Assembly (NCBI GenBank): GCA_963726395.1
Contig: CAVSCG010000006.1
Span: 31,303 to 95,302 of the forward strand
Reading direction: 5' to 3'
Source: an uncultured delta proteobacterium
GTDB taxonomy: Bacteria > Desulfobacterota > Syntrophia > Syntrophales > Smithellaceae
Length of the DNA stretch: 64,000 bases
Under the pieces are notes generated by a model. That model worked only from the letters and a program-made list of their open reading frames with translations, was not told the DNA's origin and did no database searches. This document shows, in pieces, positions 1 to 9,128 of this stretch; within the stretch, counting starts at the first letter, position 1, and each line of letters starts with the position of its first letter. The position numbers and the translations under genes were made by a program.

Positions 1-2026
1 ATCCGCAGGGGGAATCACGCCGCCAACCACCACGATGATATCCTCACCGCCCATTTTTTTCAGATTCTTCGATGAGTTGGGGAACAAGCGTCTTGTGGCC
101 TGCGGCTAGGCTGGATACACCCACCACATGCACGTCGTTTTCAATGGCCATTTTGGCCGCTTCTTCAGGAGTTTGAAACATTGGACTGATATCGACATCA
201 AAGCCAATATCCGCATAAGCCGTGGCGACTACTTTGATCCCCCGGTCATGACCATCCTGCCCCATTTTGGTTACCAGCTGCCGGGGACGACGGCCTGTTT
301 TCTCCAGAAATTTCTCAGTCCGCCCGCGCAACGCGTTAATGACGTCGCTCTCGCCGTATTCTGAAGAATAAGCGCCGGAGATAACCCGCGTGGTGGCGAC
401 ATAGCGGCCAAATACTTTTTCCATGGCGTCGGATACTTCTCCCACGGTCGCCCGCAGCCTCACGGCTTCAATCGTCGCTTCCAAAAGGTTGCCGCCTTTT
501 TCGGCCATGGTTGTAATCTTCTCCAGTGCTTTTTGCACAGCCACGTTGTCTCGCTTGGCCTTGATGTCTTTGAGGCGTGCTATCTGCTCGTCGCGGACGG
601 AACCGGGAATATCCAACACTTCAATCGTGGTTTCTTCTTTGACTTTGTATTTGTTGATGCCAACAATGGTGTCTTTGCCCTGGTCAATTCGCGCCTGACG
701 GCGGGCGGCGGATTCTTCGATGCGCAGTTTCGGCATGCCGGTTTCAATGGCGCGCGCCATGCCGCCCAGCTCTTCGATCTCATCCATCATTTTCTGGGAT
801 TCCCGGATAATCGACGCCGTTAAGGATTCCACATAATAGGAACCACCGAGGGGATCGATCACATGGCAGATTTGCGATTCCTCCTGAATAATGATCTGCG
901 TGTTGCGGGCGATGCGCGCGGAAAGCGGCGTGGGCAGGCTGACCGCCTCGTCAAACGAGTTGGTGTGCAGCGACTGGGTACCGCCGAGCGCCGCCGCCAG
1001 AGCTTCCAACGTGGTGCGGATGATGTTGTTATATGGATCCTGCTGCGTGAGACTCCAACCGGAGGTTTGCACATGTGTGCGTAAAACCGATGATCGGGGG
1101 TTGGTCGGATGAAATTCGCCGACGATTTTATGCCACAGATAACGGGCCGCGCGCAGCATGGCTATCTCCATGAAGAAGTTCATCCCCACCCCAAAGAAGA
1201 ATGAAAGCCTTGGCGCGAAATCGTCAATCTTCAGACCGCCGTCAATGGCGGCGCGGATGTATTCCTTGCCGTCGGCCAGCGTGAAAGCTGTCTGCAATAC
1301 GGAATCCGCGCCTGCCTCCATAATATGATAACCACTGATGGAGACGGTGTTGTAGCGCGGCATGTTTTTTGAGCAGTAGGAAATAATGTCGGAGACAATC
1401 CGCATGGAGGGGCGCGGTGGATAAATATACGTATTGCGGGTCAGAAATTCCTTGAGAATGTCATTCTGAATGGTGCCGGCCAGTAGCTTTTGCTCGATGC
1501 CCTGCTCTTCAGCCGCCACGATATATCCGGCTAAAACGGGCAGCACTGCGCCGTTCATCGTCATCGAGACGGAGACTTTATCCAGGGGAATCTTATTGAA
1601 AAGGATTTTCATATCTTCAACGGAATCAATCGCCACACCGGCTTTGCCGACGTCGCCCGCAACGCGGGGATGGTCGGAATCATAACCCCGGTGTGTGGCC
1701 AGGTCAAAGGCCACGGACAAACCCGTTTGTCCGGCAGCTAAATTCCCCCGGTAAAATTCATTGGATTCGCGCGCGGTGGCAAATCCCGCGTACTGGCGGA
1801 TGGTCCAGGGTTGATTGGCATACATCGTAGCCGACGGCCCTCGCAGATATGGAGCTATACCGGAAAGGGTATTGACGGTATCCAGCCCCTCCAGGTCTTC
1901 AGCGGTATAAATCGGTTTGACCGCAATACCTTCAGGTGCTTCCCAGTTGAGAGACTCCAAGGGCCTTCCTTTTAATTCTTTGACTGCCGTTTCTTTCCAT
2001 TTATTTATTTGGACATGCTTGGACAC
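1..2026 (-). CDS. scpA: Methylmalonyl-CoA mutase (B12-dependent), runs off the window start; apparent +1 indel near position 65
   Basis: Motifs [30 protein letters not shown] and B12-binding [19 protein letters not shown] precedes GTG at 2026. Removing one base near 65 restores [23 protein letters not shown]. Confidence 0.95.
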
Positions 2027-2321
2027 GTTGATCTCCTTGAGCAATATTTTGTTATCAAGCGCCTTTGCCTCCCGGAAGAATTACCCGGTGTCAGAAACCT
2101 GATATGATCGATTAAAGTTTTCATACTCTATCCGTGATTTTTGTGCAATCTTTAGGTGTCGGAATATTTCGTAATGACTTTTTTGATGACCCGATGAACA
2201 GATAGACCTTTATTTCTTCCTATGACCTTCCCTCCAAAGCCGAAGCCATGTTTAAGTGAGGATTAAGAATTGATTTCAGGATATCGTCATAAGAAAAAAT
2301 GAATGGAATATGAGGAATATT

Positions 2322-2352
2322 TAAAACAGCGCCCAATTAATTTGGGCGCTGT
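2322..2352 (-). terminator. Intrinsic terminator of the CoA-transferase operon
   Basis: ACAGCGCCCAA/TTGGGCGCTGT 11-bp stem followed by a T-run on the minus strand. Confidence 0.75.
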
Positions 2353-2506
2353 CGCTTATTTTTCTCACACCGGAACCAATTCCTGATCCAGCTATGTCTC
2401 ATCAACGTCCCGTTACAATGGACGTCCCTTCAAACTGCACGCACTCGCCTTTCGATCCGACGCCTGAAATAACCGCTCCTGTGATGCCCGACCCCCGCAG
2501 TATTTA

Positions 2507-3295
2507 CTAAGTCGGCATGGTTGTGAAAACACCGCGCGGGTCAACCTGGGTGCGGATGACCTTCAAAGCGTCAGGTGTGACCAGTTTCGTTTCGGGGATA
2601 TCCCCTTCAGGTTTGAGAAGCTCGAAGCCGGTCAACTGCTGGGCCAGTTCAAAGGTGACGCCGGGGGTAAGGGATTTGACCCGCATCCGCTTGCTGACCG
2701 GATGAAAGTCATAGACGCCCCACGGGCTGATTACAGCGCTCGGGCCATTTCCGATGAGGCCGGCCTCCTTACGTGAGTTGCCGCCGGTCAGATGTCCCAC
2801 GGAGGTGATAAAATCAACCTTCTCCGGAAATTTGTCCGGTGTCTGGAGTCCGACCAGCACCATTTTCTCCGTCAGGGAAGATAGATCGTTATTCCCGCCG
2901 CTGCCGGTCATGCGGACCTTGGGATGGTGAAAATCTTTGCCGATCATGTGGGTGTTTACATTGCCGTACATATCCACTTGGGCATAACCCAGGAATCCGA
3001 TATCCACATACCCGTTGTAGCATTGCGCAAAAGAATAGGACATTTCCATAATGGTGGGTGATTTGCGCCAGGTAAAGGGACAACCGACCGACCAGGGCAT
3101 ATCGCCCTCAATGGGGTCCTGTCCCCCGGACTCATAAACAATCGTTATATTGGGGGCATGGGTTTTCTTGGCCAGAATTCCTGCCACCATGGGAATTCCG
3201 GTTCCAATATATACGACCGAGTGATCGTCAATCTGCTGCGCGATAATATAGGCCAACGTTTCCAAAGGATTGGCCGGTGCGTTTAAGTCTTGCAT
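2507..3295 (-). CDS. Family I CoA-transferase beta subunit (glutaconate CoA-transferase B-like)
   Basis: VYIGTGIP, catalytic-Glu region VYESGG, GFLGYAQVDMYGNVN, GSGGNND. Confidence 0.9.
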   Translation of the reverse strand: MQDLNAPANPLETLAYIIAQQIDDHSVVYIGTGIPMVAGILAKKTHAPNITIVYESGGQDPIEGDMPWSVGCPFTWRKSPTIMEMSYSFAQCYNGYVDIGFLGYAQVDMYGNVNTHMIGKDFHHPKVRMTGSGGNNDLSSLTEKMVLVGLQTPDKFPEKVDFITSVGHLTGGNSRKEAGLIGNGPSAVISPWGVYDFHPVSKRMRVKSLTPGVTFELAQQLTGFELLKPEGDIPETKLVTPDALKVIRTQVDPRGVFTTMPT

Positions 3296-3309
3296 AATAT
3301 GCTCCTGTC

Positions 3310-4401
3310 TTAATAATAAAGCCCTGAATCGTGTTTCAGGGTGTATTCCTCATACGAGAAATCGATGTCTTCATTGTCACCTTCGGCAGCCTTCGTCTGA
3401 CGACGGGCCTCGGCAATCCACTTAGCACCTCCCAGTTTATCAACGAACTCGAACTGATTCTTGGTGCCCATAATCCATTCATCACAAAATGCCTTATTGT
3501 TTTCGTCGGATGCGCCGCCAAAGCGCATGCACTTTTCCCACCATTGCCGCGGCCAGTAGTAACATCCGGGCATACTGCCGGGAAGGGCGCCAAAAGGCAT
3601 TTCGACCACGGCATCGGCATAAAAGAACGGAATGATACATCCCTGTTTGTTATAGCGGATATCATTTTCTGGCACGATCTCTTCAGCTGTGATGATGAGT
3701 TTGCGAGCAGCGGCCGCCACGGCCATATCATTCACGGCGGGACCATAGATATAGGCGTTGCCATACTTATCAGCCGCGTTGCAATGGATGATCGCCACAT
3801 CGGGATATAAAGCCGGGACAAATACGACGGGATCCTTATCCGCTTTTAAGGGATTCTGTATCACCTTGAGGTAAGGATTATAGCGCACGATGTCACTGCC
3901 GAGCATCTGTTTGCTGAATACACCCGGCATGCCGAGCTGGGCGGCCTTAAACCCCTGCGCGACTCCTCCATGACTCCATTCGGAAAGAATTTTGATCTTG
4001 CCGGCCTTGAGCGCGCGGTCATAGACTTTATCAATTCCGCGCATCTCCGCGCCGGTGTATGAATTGTGGGAATAAGACACTAATCCATATGAGATAAAAA
4101 AGCTCTGATTCGTATTGGGCGCTCCGATCATCTGCAGATTCTTCTTACCCTGCCGGATGACCTCGTAAAAGGCCTGGTGGGGTGTTCTCACATAAGAAAA
4201 GCCACCATCGGTCATGATGTCGCCATCCTGCACAAAAGTCGCCACTGCCTCGCCCATCGTCATCCGCTTGTCTTTCTTGGCGTGTTCCTTTTTCAAATGC
4301 GCCGCGCGTGCTGATTCAAAATCAACCAGACGATCCAGAATGGACGTATCGCTGAGTTTAAGATTCGCAACGGCCTCCTCGTTGTAGAGATATTTTGCCA
4401 T
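3310..4401 (-). CDS. Family I CoA-transferase alpha subunit (GctA-like, N-terminally extended)
   Basis: VQDGDIMTDGGF, PALYPDVAIIH, ADKYGNA, LIITAEEIV. AAGGAGG RBS favours ATG at 4401 or 4407. Confidence 0.88.
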   Translation of the reverse strand: MAKYLYNEEAVANLKLSDTSILDRLVDFESARAAHLKKEHAKKDKRMTMGEAVATFVQDGDIMTDGGFSYVRTPHQAFYEVIRQGKKNLQMIGAPNTNQSFFISYGLVSYSHNSYTGAEMRGIDKVYDRALKAGKIKILSEWSHGGVAQGFKAAQLGMPGVFSKQMLGSDIVRYNPYLKVIQNPLKADKDPVVFVPALYPDVAIIHCNAADKYGNAYIYGPAVNDMAVAAAARKLIITAEEIVPENDIRYNKQGCIIPFFYADAVVEMPFGALPGSMPGCYYWPRQWWEKCMRFGGASDENNKAFCDEWIMGTKNQFEFVDKLGGAKWIAEARRQTKAAEGDNEDIDFSYEEYTLKHDSGLYY

Positions 4402-4538
4402 CTCCATATCCTCCTTTTGTATTTCCATGAACAATATAACGCGCGGTTCCTACTATTAAAACCGGTCAGGGTCAAGCATTATCCACCCCTCTTGAAATAC
4501 TATTTGATTGTCAATGACTTATCATTCATCAACAAACC

Positions 4539-4562
4539 TTCCTCGCAGCAAGCTGCGGGGAA
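4539..4562. repeat. REP-like palindrome
   Basis: TTCCTCGCAGC-AA-GCTGCGGGGAA hairpin in a divergent intergenic region, with a degenerate second copy to about 4625. Confidence 0.5.
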
Positions 4563-4785
4563 TCTCGCGTTTGGCAGCTTCTCTTTAATCGAAGCGGGCT
4601 TTGGGAAATATGACCCGGAGAGACTAAAAAAGACCCGCAGATGGTTTCTTGAATAATCAACAATTATCTGTTAACCATTATTTAAGACGATGTTCTTCCC
4701 GGTCATCAAGAGGGTGGAACATTGTATTTTTTTGCGGGCGTTTTAAAATTTTCTGACCATCAAACCATTTTAGGAAGGGGAACTC

Positions 4786-6261
4786 ATGATCCGTTCCATT
4801 GAAGAAAGTCCACTCTATCCGATTGTCAATCCGAAGAGCATCGCCTTTTTCGGTGCTTCCAATACGTTCATGCGCATGGGATCCATCATGCTTTCATCCA
4901 TGCAGGCCCTGGGTTATGAAGGGAGGATATACCCGATTCACCTGACCGAAAAAGAAGTACGCGGGTGCAAGGCCTATTCCAGCATTATGGATCTGCCCGA
5001 GGTACCAGACCTGGCGATTATCGTTCTGCCGACAGAGATTGTCTGCCAAACCATGGAAGATTGCGGGAAAAAGGGCATCAAACATGCCATCGTAGTATCC
5101 GGAGGCTTTCGGGAAACGGGACCCGAAGGCGTCGAGATGCAAAAGGAACTGGAGGCTATCGCCCTTAAGTACGGCATCCGTTTTCTCGGGCCTAACTGTC
5201 TTGGTGTTGCCAATCCTCACATCAAACTAAATCCTACTCCGCTTAACGCAGAAGGCCCTCCCGGTTTCGTCGGCCTTGCCTCCCAAAGCGGGAGTTTTAT
5301 TACCCAGATGTTTGATTTCCTTCATCGCCAGGGGATGGGATTCAGCACGGCGTTGAGTGTGGGAAATGAGGCTAATATTGACCTTGTCGATTGCATGGAA
5401 TACCTGGGCGCCTGTCCTAACACGAAGGTCATCACCCTTTATATTGAAGGGATCACCAGGGGGAAAAAATTTATTGAAACGGCCAAGGCGATAACCTCCC
5501 ATAAACCCATTGTCGCCCTCTACGTGGGTGGGTCCGAGGCGGGTAAGCATGCGGGCCGTTCTCATACGGGATCCATGTCAGGCCCTAACGAGATCTATCA
5601 AGGCGTGTTCAGGCAATGCGGTATCATCCGGGCGCAGACCCTGACGGAGCTCTTTGATTATGCCCTTGCCCTGGGAACGATCCGCCGGCCAAGGGGAAAC
5701 AGGGTTATTATCCAGACCCACTCAGGGGGACCAGGGGCCACAGCGGCTGATTCTTGCGGAAGGGCAGGACTTATGTTGCCGCCGCTCTCAATGGAAACGG
5801 TAGAAAAGCTAAAGCCATTGATTCCCAAGACGGCCAGTACGGCAAACCCGGTTGATATGACATTCAGCAAAAATCACGCGGATGACTTCTTCAATATTCC
5901 AGATATACTGCTGCATGAAAAGAACGCGGATATGCTTCTGGCCTATTTCCTGTCTCCGGGCATTTTTATTGACCGTATTCTGAAAGAAATGGGCGTTCCC
6001 GCGGAATCAATATCTACGGAGAGGGACAAGCTGATCGCTCAGCATGCGGATGCCTTTTGCAGCCTTAAAAAGCGTCACCCCGATAAACCGGTCATCGGTT
6101 TCACTTACCGTAGTCTTCAGGAAAAGATGGTCAGGCATTTGCTCAACCAGGGCATCCCTGTATATCAGGACCCGGAGCGCGCCGCGCGATCCATTGCAGC
6201 CGTGCTCGAATACTATAAGATGCAAGAAGGAATCACAAAGGCAGACCCATGCAATTTATGA
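4786..6261 (+). CDS. Acyl/acetate-CoA ligase (ADP-forming) alpha-type, CoA-binding protein
   Basis: PKSIAFFGAS, GPNCLG, SQSGS, SVGNEA, phospho-His SHTGSM, ANPVD; no ATP-grasp domain. Confidence 0.9.
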   Translation: MIRSIEESPLYPIVNPKSIAFFGASNTFMRMGSIMLSSMQALGYEGRIYPIHLTEKEVRGCKAYSSIMDLPEVPDLAIIVLPTEIVCQTMEDCGKKGIKHAIVVSGGFRETGPEGVEMQKELEAIALKYGIRFLGPNCLGVANPHIKLNPTPLNAEGPPGFVGLASQSGSFITQMFDFLHRQGMGFSTALSVGNEANIDLVDCMEYLGACPNTKVITLYIEGITRGKKFIETAKAITSHKPIVALYVGGSEAGKHAGRSHTGSMSGPNEIYQGVFRQCGIIRAQTLTELFDYALALGTIRRPRGNRVIIQTHSGGPGATAADSCGRAGLMLPPLSMETVEKLKPLIPKTASTANPVDMTFSKNHADDFFNIPDILLHEKNADMLLAYFLSPGIFIDRILKEMGVPAESISTERDKLIAQHADAFCSLKKRHPDKPVIGFTYRSLQEKMVRHLLNQGIPVYQDPERAARSIAAVLEYYKMQEGITKADPCNL

Positions 6262-6824
6262 ATCCATCAAAAGGCAAAAAGCTTCATACACGAAAGATAG
6301 AAGTATCGACCTCCGAGTATGACGGGCAAAGAATCATCGTGGAAGGCTTCCTTAAAGACGTTCGTTTCCAGGACTCTCATACGATAAACGGAGAAACGTT
6401 TCCGGACGGCGTCATTCATCACATGATGATAAGGCTTTTGGTAAATTGCTCTAATCTTTTGATTGAGGATGTGGATGTCGATCTGCTGTCTGTGCCCCGG
6501 GATGAGTGCCGGGAAACGATCAACTGCCTCGCTCCCGTTAAGGGTCTTATCATCACCAAAGGCTTTACGTCAAAAGTCAAGAAACTGGTCGGAGGTAAAA
6601 AAGGCTGCACGCACCTGGTGGAGCTTCTCCTGGCCATGGCCCCGGCGGCCATACAGGGATTTGCAGCATACCAATCGCAGAAACCATCACCTCCGGACCC
6701 CGCTCATACCAGGATGATTTATCACTTTCTACTCAATACATGCCATGCCTGGCGCGAGGACGGCCCGCTTGCTGAAAGCTTCAAAAAGATGATCGACAAA
6801 AAATCGGCCCAAGGTAGGAAATAA
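6249..6824 (+). CDS. DUF2889 family protein
   Basis: LHTRKIEV, IHHM, P..EC, GG.KGCTHLVELL, LLNTCHAW pattern. Confidence 0.75.
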   Translation: MQFMNPSKGKKLHTRKIEVSTSEYDGQRIIVEGFLKDVRFQDSHTINGETFPDGVIHHMMIRLLVNCSNLLIEDVDVDLLSVPRDECRETINCLAPVKGLIITKGFTSKVKKLVGGKKGCTHLVELLLAMAPAAIQGFAAYQSQKPSPPDPAHTRMIYHFLLNTCHAWREDGPLAESFKKMIDKKSAQGRK

Positions 6825-6835
6825 AAAGGTGGGGG

Positions 6836-7333
6836 ATGAAGATGAAAAAACACGTGAAATATGTAATAGTAGGGTTAAGCACGCTGGTTTTGATCAGTGG
6901 CTGTCTAGCTTACAGTAAGATAATCAAAAGTGAGTCCGTGAGTGACATCCCAGACAAAAAGTATGAGGCAATCATCAGATTGGACACCCCGGAAGGCATT
7001 CCGTTACAGCCGGATGCCGGGTTTGTCTATGTGGAGCCGGAAGGAAAGGTGAAGACAGACTTCGCTCGGGAAATATTTGTGAAGACCCTTGATAATCTGG
7101 ATAAATACGAGCAGCTGAACAGAGATAATATGGGTAAATTTGTCATAAAAGACAACAAGGGTAAGGTGCGTGGCTACTATGAAATGCTGTTTGAATACAG
7201 AACAGTCATTTGGGAACAAGGGGATGATATCTTATTGCAGGTTATAATTCCCAAGGGCATGCGTGGAAACATCGGTGTCACTGGAGTTGACGGAATTGGA
7301 GCAGGAGGCATGCCTGGTGGTGGCAGTCAGTAA
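6836..7333 (+). CDS. Hypothetical lipoprotein
   Basis: Basic N-terminus, hydrophobic stretch and lipobox LISGC; Gly-rich C-terminal tail. Confidence 0.65.
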   Translation: MKMKKHVKYVIVGLSTLVLISGCLAYSKIIKSESVSDIPDKKYEAIIRLDTPEGIPLQPDAGFVYVEPEGKVKTDFAREIFVKTLDNLDKYEQLNRDNMGKFVIKDNKGKVRGYYEMLFEYRTVIWEQGDDILLQVIIPKGMRGNIGVTGVDGIGAGGMPGGGSQ

Positions 7334-7769
7334 ATTTGCTCGTTGAACATTTCCAGAAATAGGCTTCCATGGTTTCAATGATCTTAAAACCCTCGCTCCC
7401 CGAACAGGGAATCGGTCACGGATTTCTGATCAAATTCCTTCCACTGCCGTTTCAGCAGCAGAATGACAGATAAATCTTACTTGAAACCTCAAAGACTCCC
7501 CCAAGGTGCAGAGCAAGGCAAAAGAATTACATCTATTTAATATTATTTATTTTCTCTTTTAAGCTCTTGACTTTGGCCAGTGTTTCCGATAAGAAAACGC
7601 CGGTCGTTCCAAGAACAACCTCAGTGAATTATGGATATCCGGCTTACGCAATATTTATATAAACTTACCTTCCATAGCTATCATTGGGGATCTATGCACC
7701 TTTGCATCCCCACTTCACAACAAGAAAAAATCATTCCCGCCACAACGGGGGTAAAGGAGGAAATATATC

Positions 7770-9041
7770 ATGGTAAAAAGTAACACGTCGGAACGCAGGT
7801 TGCCAGTACTCGGCATTAACAGTTTAGGACGAATCGGCAAACTGACTCTGTGGCATCACATCGGCAGAAAGTACTTCAAGGAAATTGTGATTAACCTGGG
7901 CCGCGACGTAGGCACGGGCATGGACACAATTGCCCGCTTGATTGAAGCTGATGCCACTTATGGTTTGCTCCATCGGTTTCTCTACGGCATTAAAGCGCAG
8001 CCTGTTATTCAAATTACGGATGACAAAAACGGCAAGATGATGATCGACGGCATACCGGTGACCATTCTGCGCGAAGAGAGGAATCCCCTCAATATTCCCT
8101 GGCGTCAATACGGCGCGGATATTGTGGTGGATTGCAGCGGCAATTTCAAAGATCCGACCGTTCCCGTTGACGACAAAAAAGGCTCGATCCGTGGTCATTT
8201 AAAAAGCGGCGCCAAGGTGGTTGTCCATTCCGCACCGTTCAAGATTAAGAATAAGGCTCTGTCCACGCCGGACGACACCACAACCCTGATCTATGGGATT
8301 AACCACGCCGCATTCGACCGTAAGAAGCATCTACTGGTTTCCGCCGCGTCCTGTACCACGACGGGGCTTGCGCATATGGTCAAGCCGCTTCTGGATAATG
8401 AGGACACCAGCATAATTCTGACGGCGTCCATGTCCACGATCCATGCCGTCACCAATACCCAGAGCGTTCTGGATAAGATGCCCAAGGCAGGCGAATCAGA
8501 CATCCGCAAGACGCGCAGCATCTTGAATAATATTATTCTTACCTCGACTGGCGCGGCAAAGGCTCTGATCGAGGTCATTCCGGAAGTTAAAAACATCGGC
8601 TTCATGGGCGATTCCATCAGGGTGCCGACCAACACACTTTCACTCATCGTGCTGAACTTAACGTTCCAGGCGCGCCAGAACAAAGCAGGAGACGCGGCCA
8701 ATATCGACACCAAAAAGCTCAATGAAATTTACCAGAAGGTCGCCCAAAACAATCCACTGGTCCGATTCACAATGCAGCAGAATGTTTCAACCGATCTTAT
8801 CGGTGAAGACGCGGCAGTCATTATTGAAGGGCAATTCAATCACACAAGGACCGCTTTCATTCCGGTTGATCTGTCGCATATTCCGAATTTACCGGCGGGC
8901 TTCCTCCAGGGCATCGGCGAGAAAACACTGAAAGTCCCGGTAGTCCATGCCAAAATTTTCGGCTGGTATGACAACGAATATGGCAGCTATACGAATAGGC
9001 TGGGCGATTTGACCGTCTATATCCACAAGAATATTCAATAA
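7770..9041 (+). CDS. gap: Glyceraldehyde-3-phosphate dehydrogenase family protein (long, divergent form)
   Basis: GINSLGRIG, SAASCTT catalytic Cys, STGAAKA, RVPT, WYDNEYG; AAGGAGG RBS. Confidence 0.88.
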   Translation: MVKSNTSERRLPVLGINSLGRIGKLTLWHHIGRKYFKEIVINLGRDVGTGMDTIARLIEADATYGLLHRFLYGIKAQPVIQITDDKNGKMMIDGIPVTILREERNPLNIPWRQYGADIVVDCSGNFKDPTVPVDDKKGSIRGHLKSGAKVVVHSAPFKIKNKALSTPDDTTTLIYGINHAAFDRKKHLLVSAASCTTTGLAHMVKPLLDNEDTSIILTASMSTIHAVTNTQSVLDKMPKAGESDIRKTRSILNNIILTSTGAAKALIEVIPEVKNIGFMGDSIRVPTNTLSLIVLNLTFQARQNKAGDAANIDTKKLNEIYQKVAQNNPLVRFTMQQNVSTDLIGEDAAVIIEGQFNHTRTAFIPVDLSHIPNLPAGFLQGIGEKTLKVPVVHAKIFGWYDNEYGSYTNRLGDLTVYIHKNIQ

Positions 9042-9065
9042 GCAACATACCCATCGAGACACATA

Positions 9066-9096
9066 CCCCCGCTTTCCTTTTCACGGGAAGCGGGGG
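9066..9096. terminator. Probable bidirectional terminator between convergent genes
   Basis: CCCCCGCTTTCC/GGGAAGCGGGGG stem. Confidence 0.65.
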
Positions 9097-9128
9097 GAAT
9101 CATTTTTGTTTTTTCGAAGCTTGATGGC

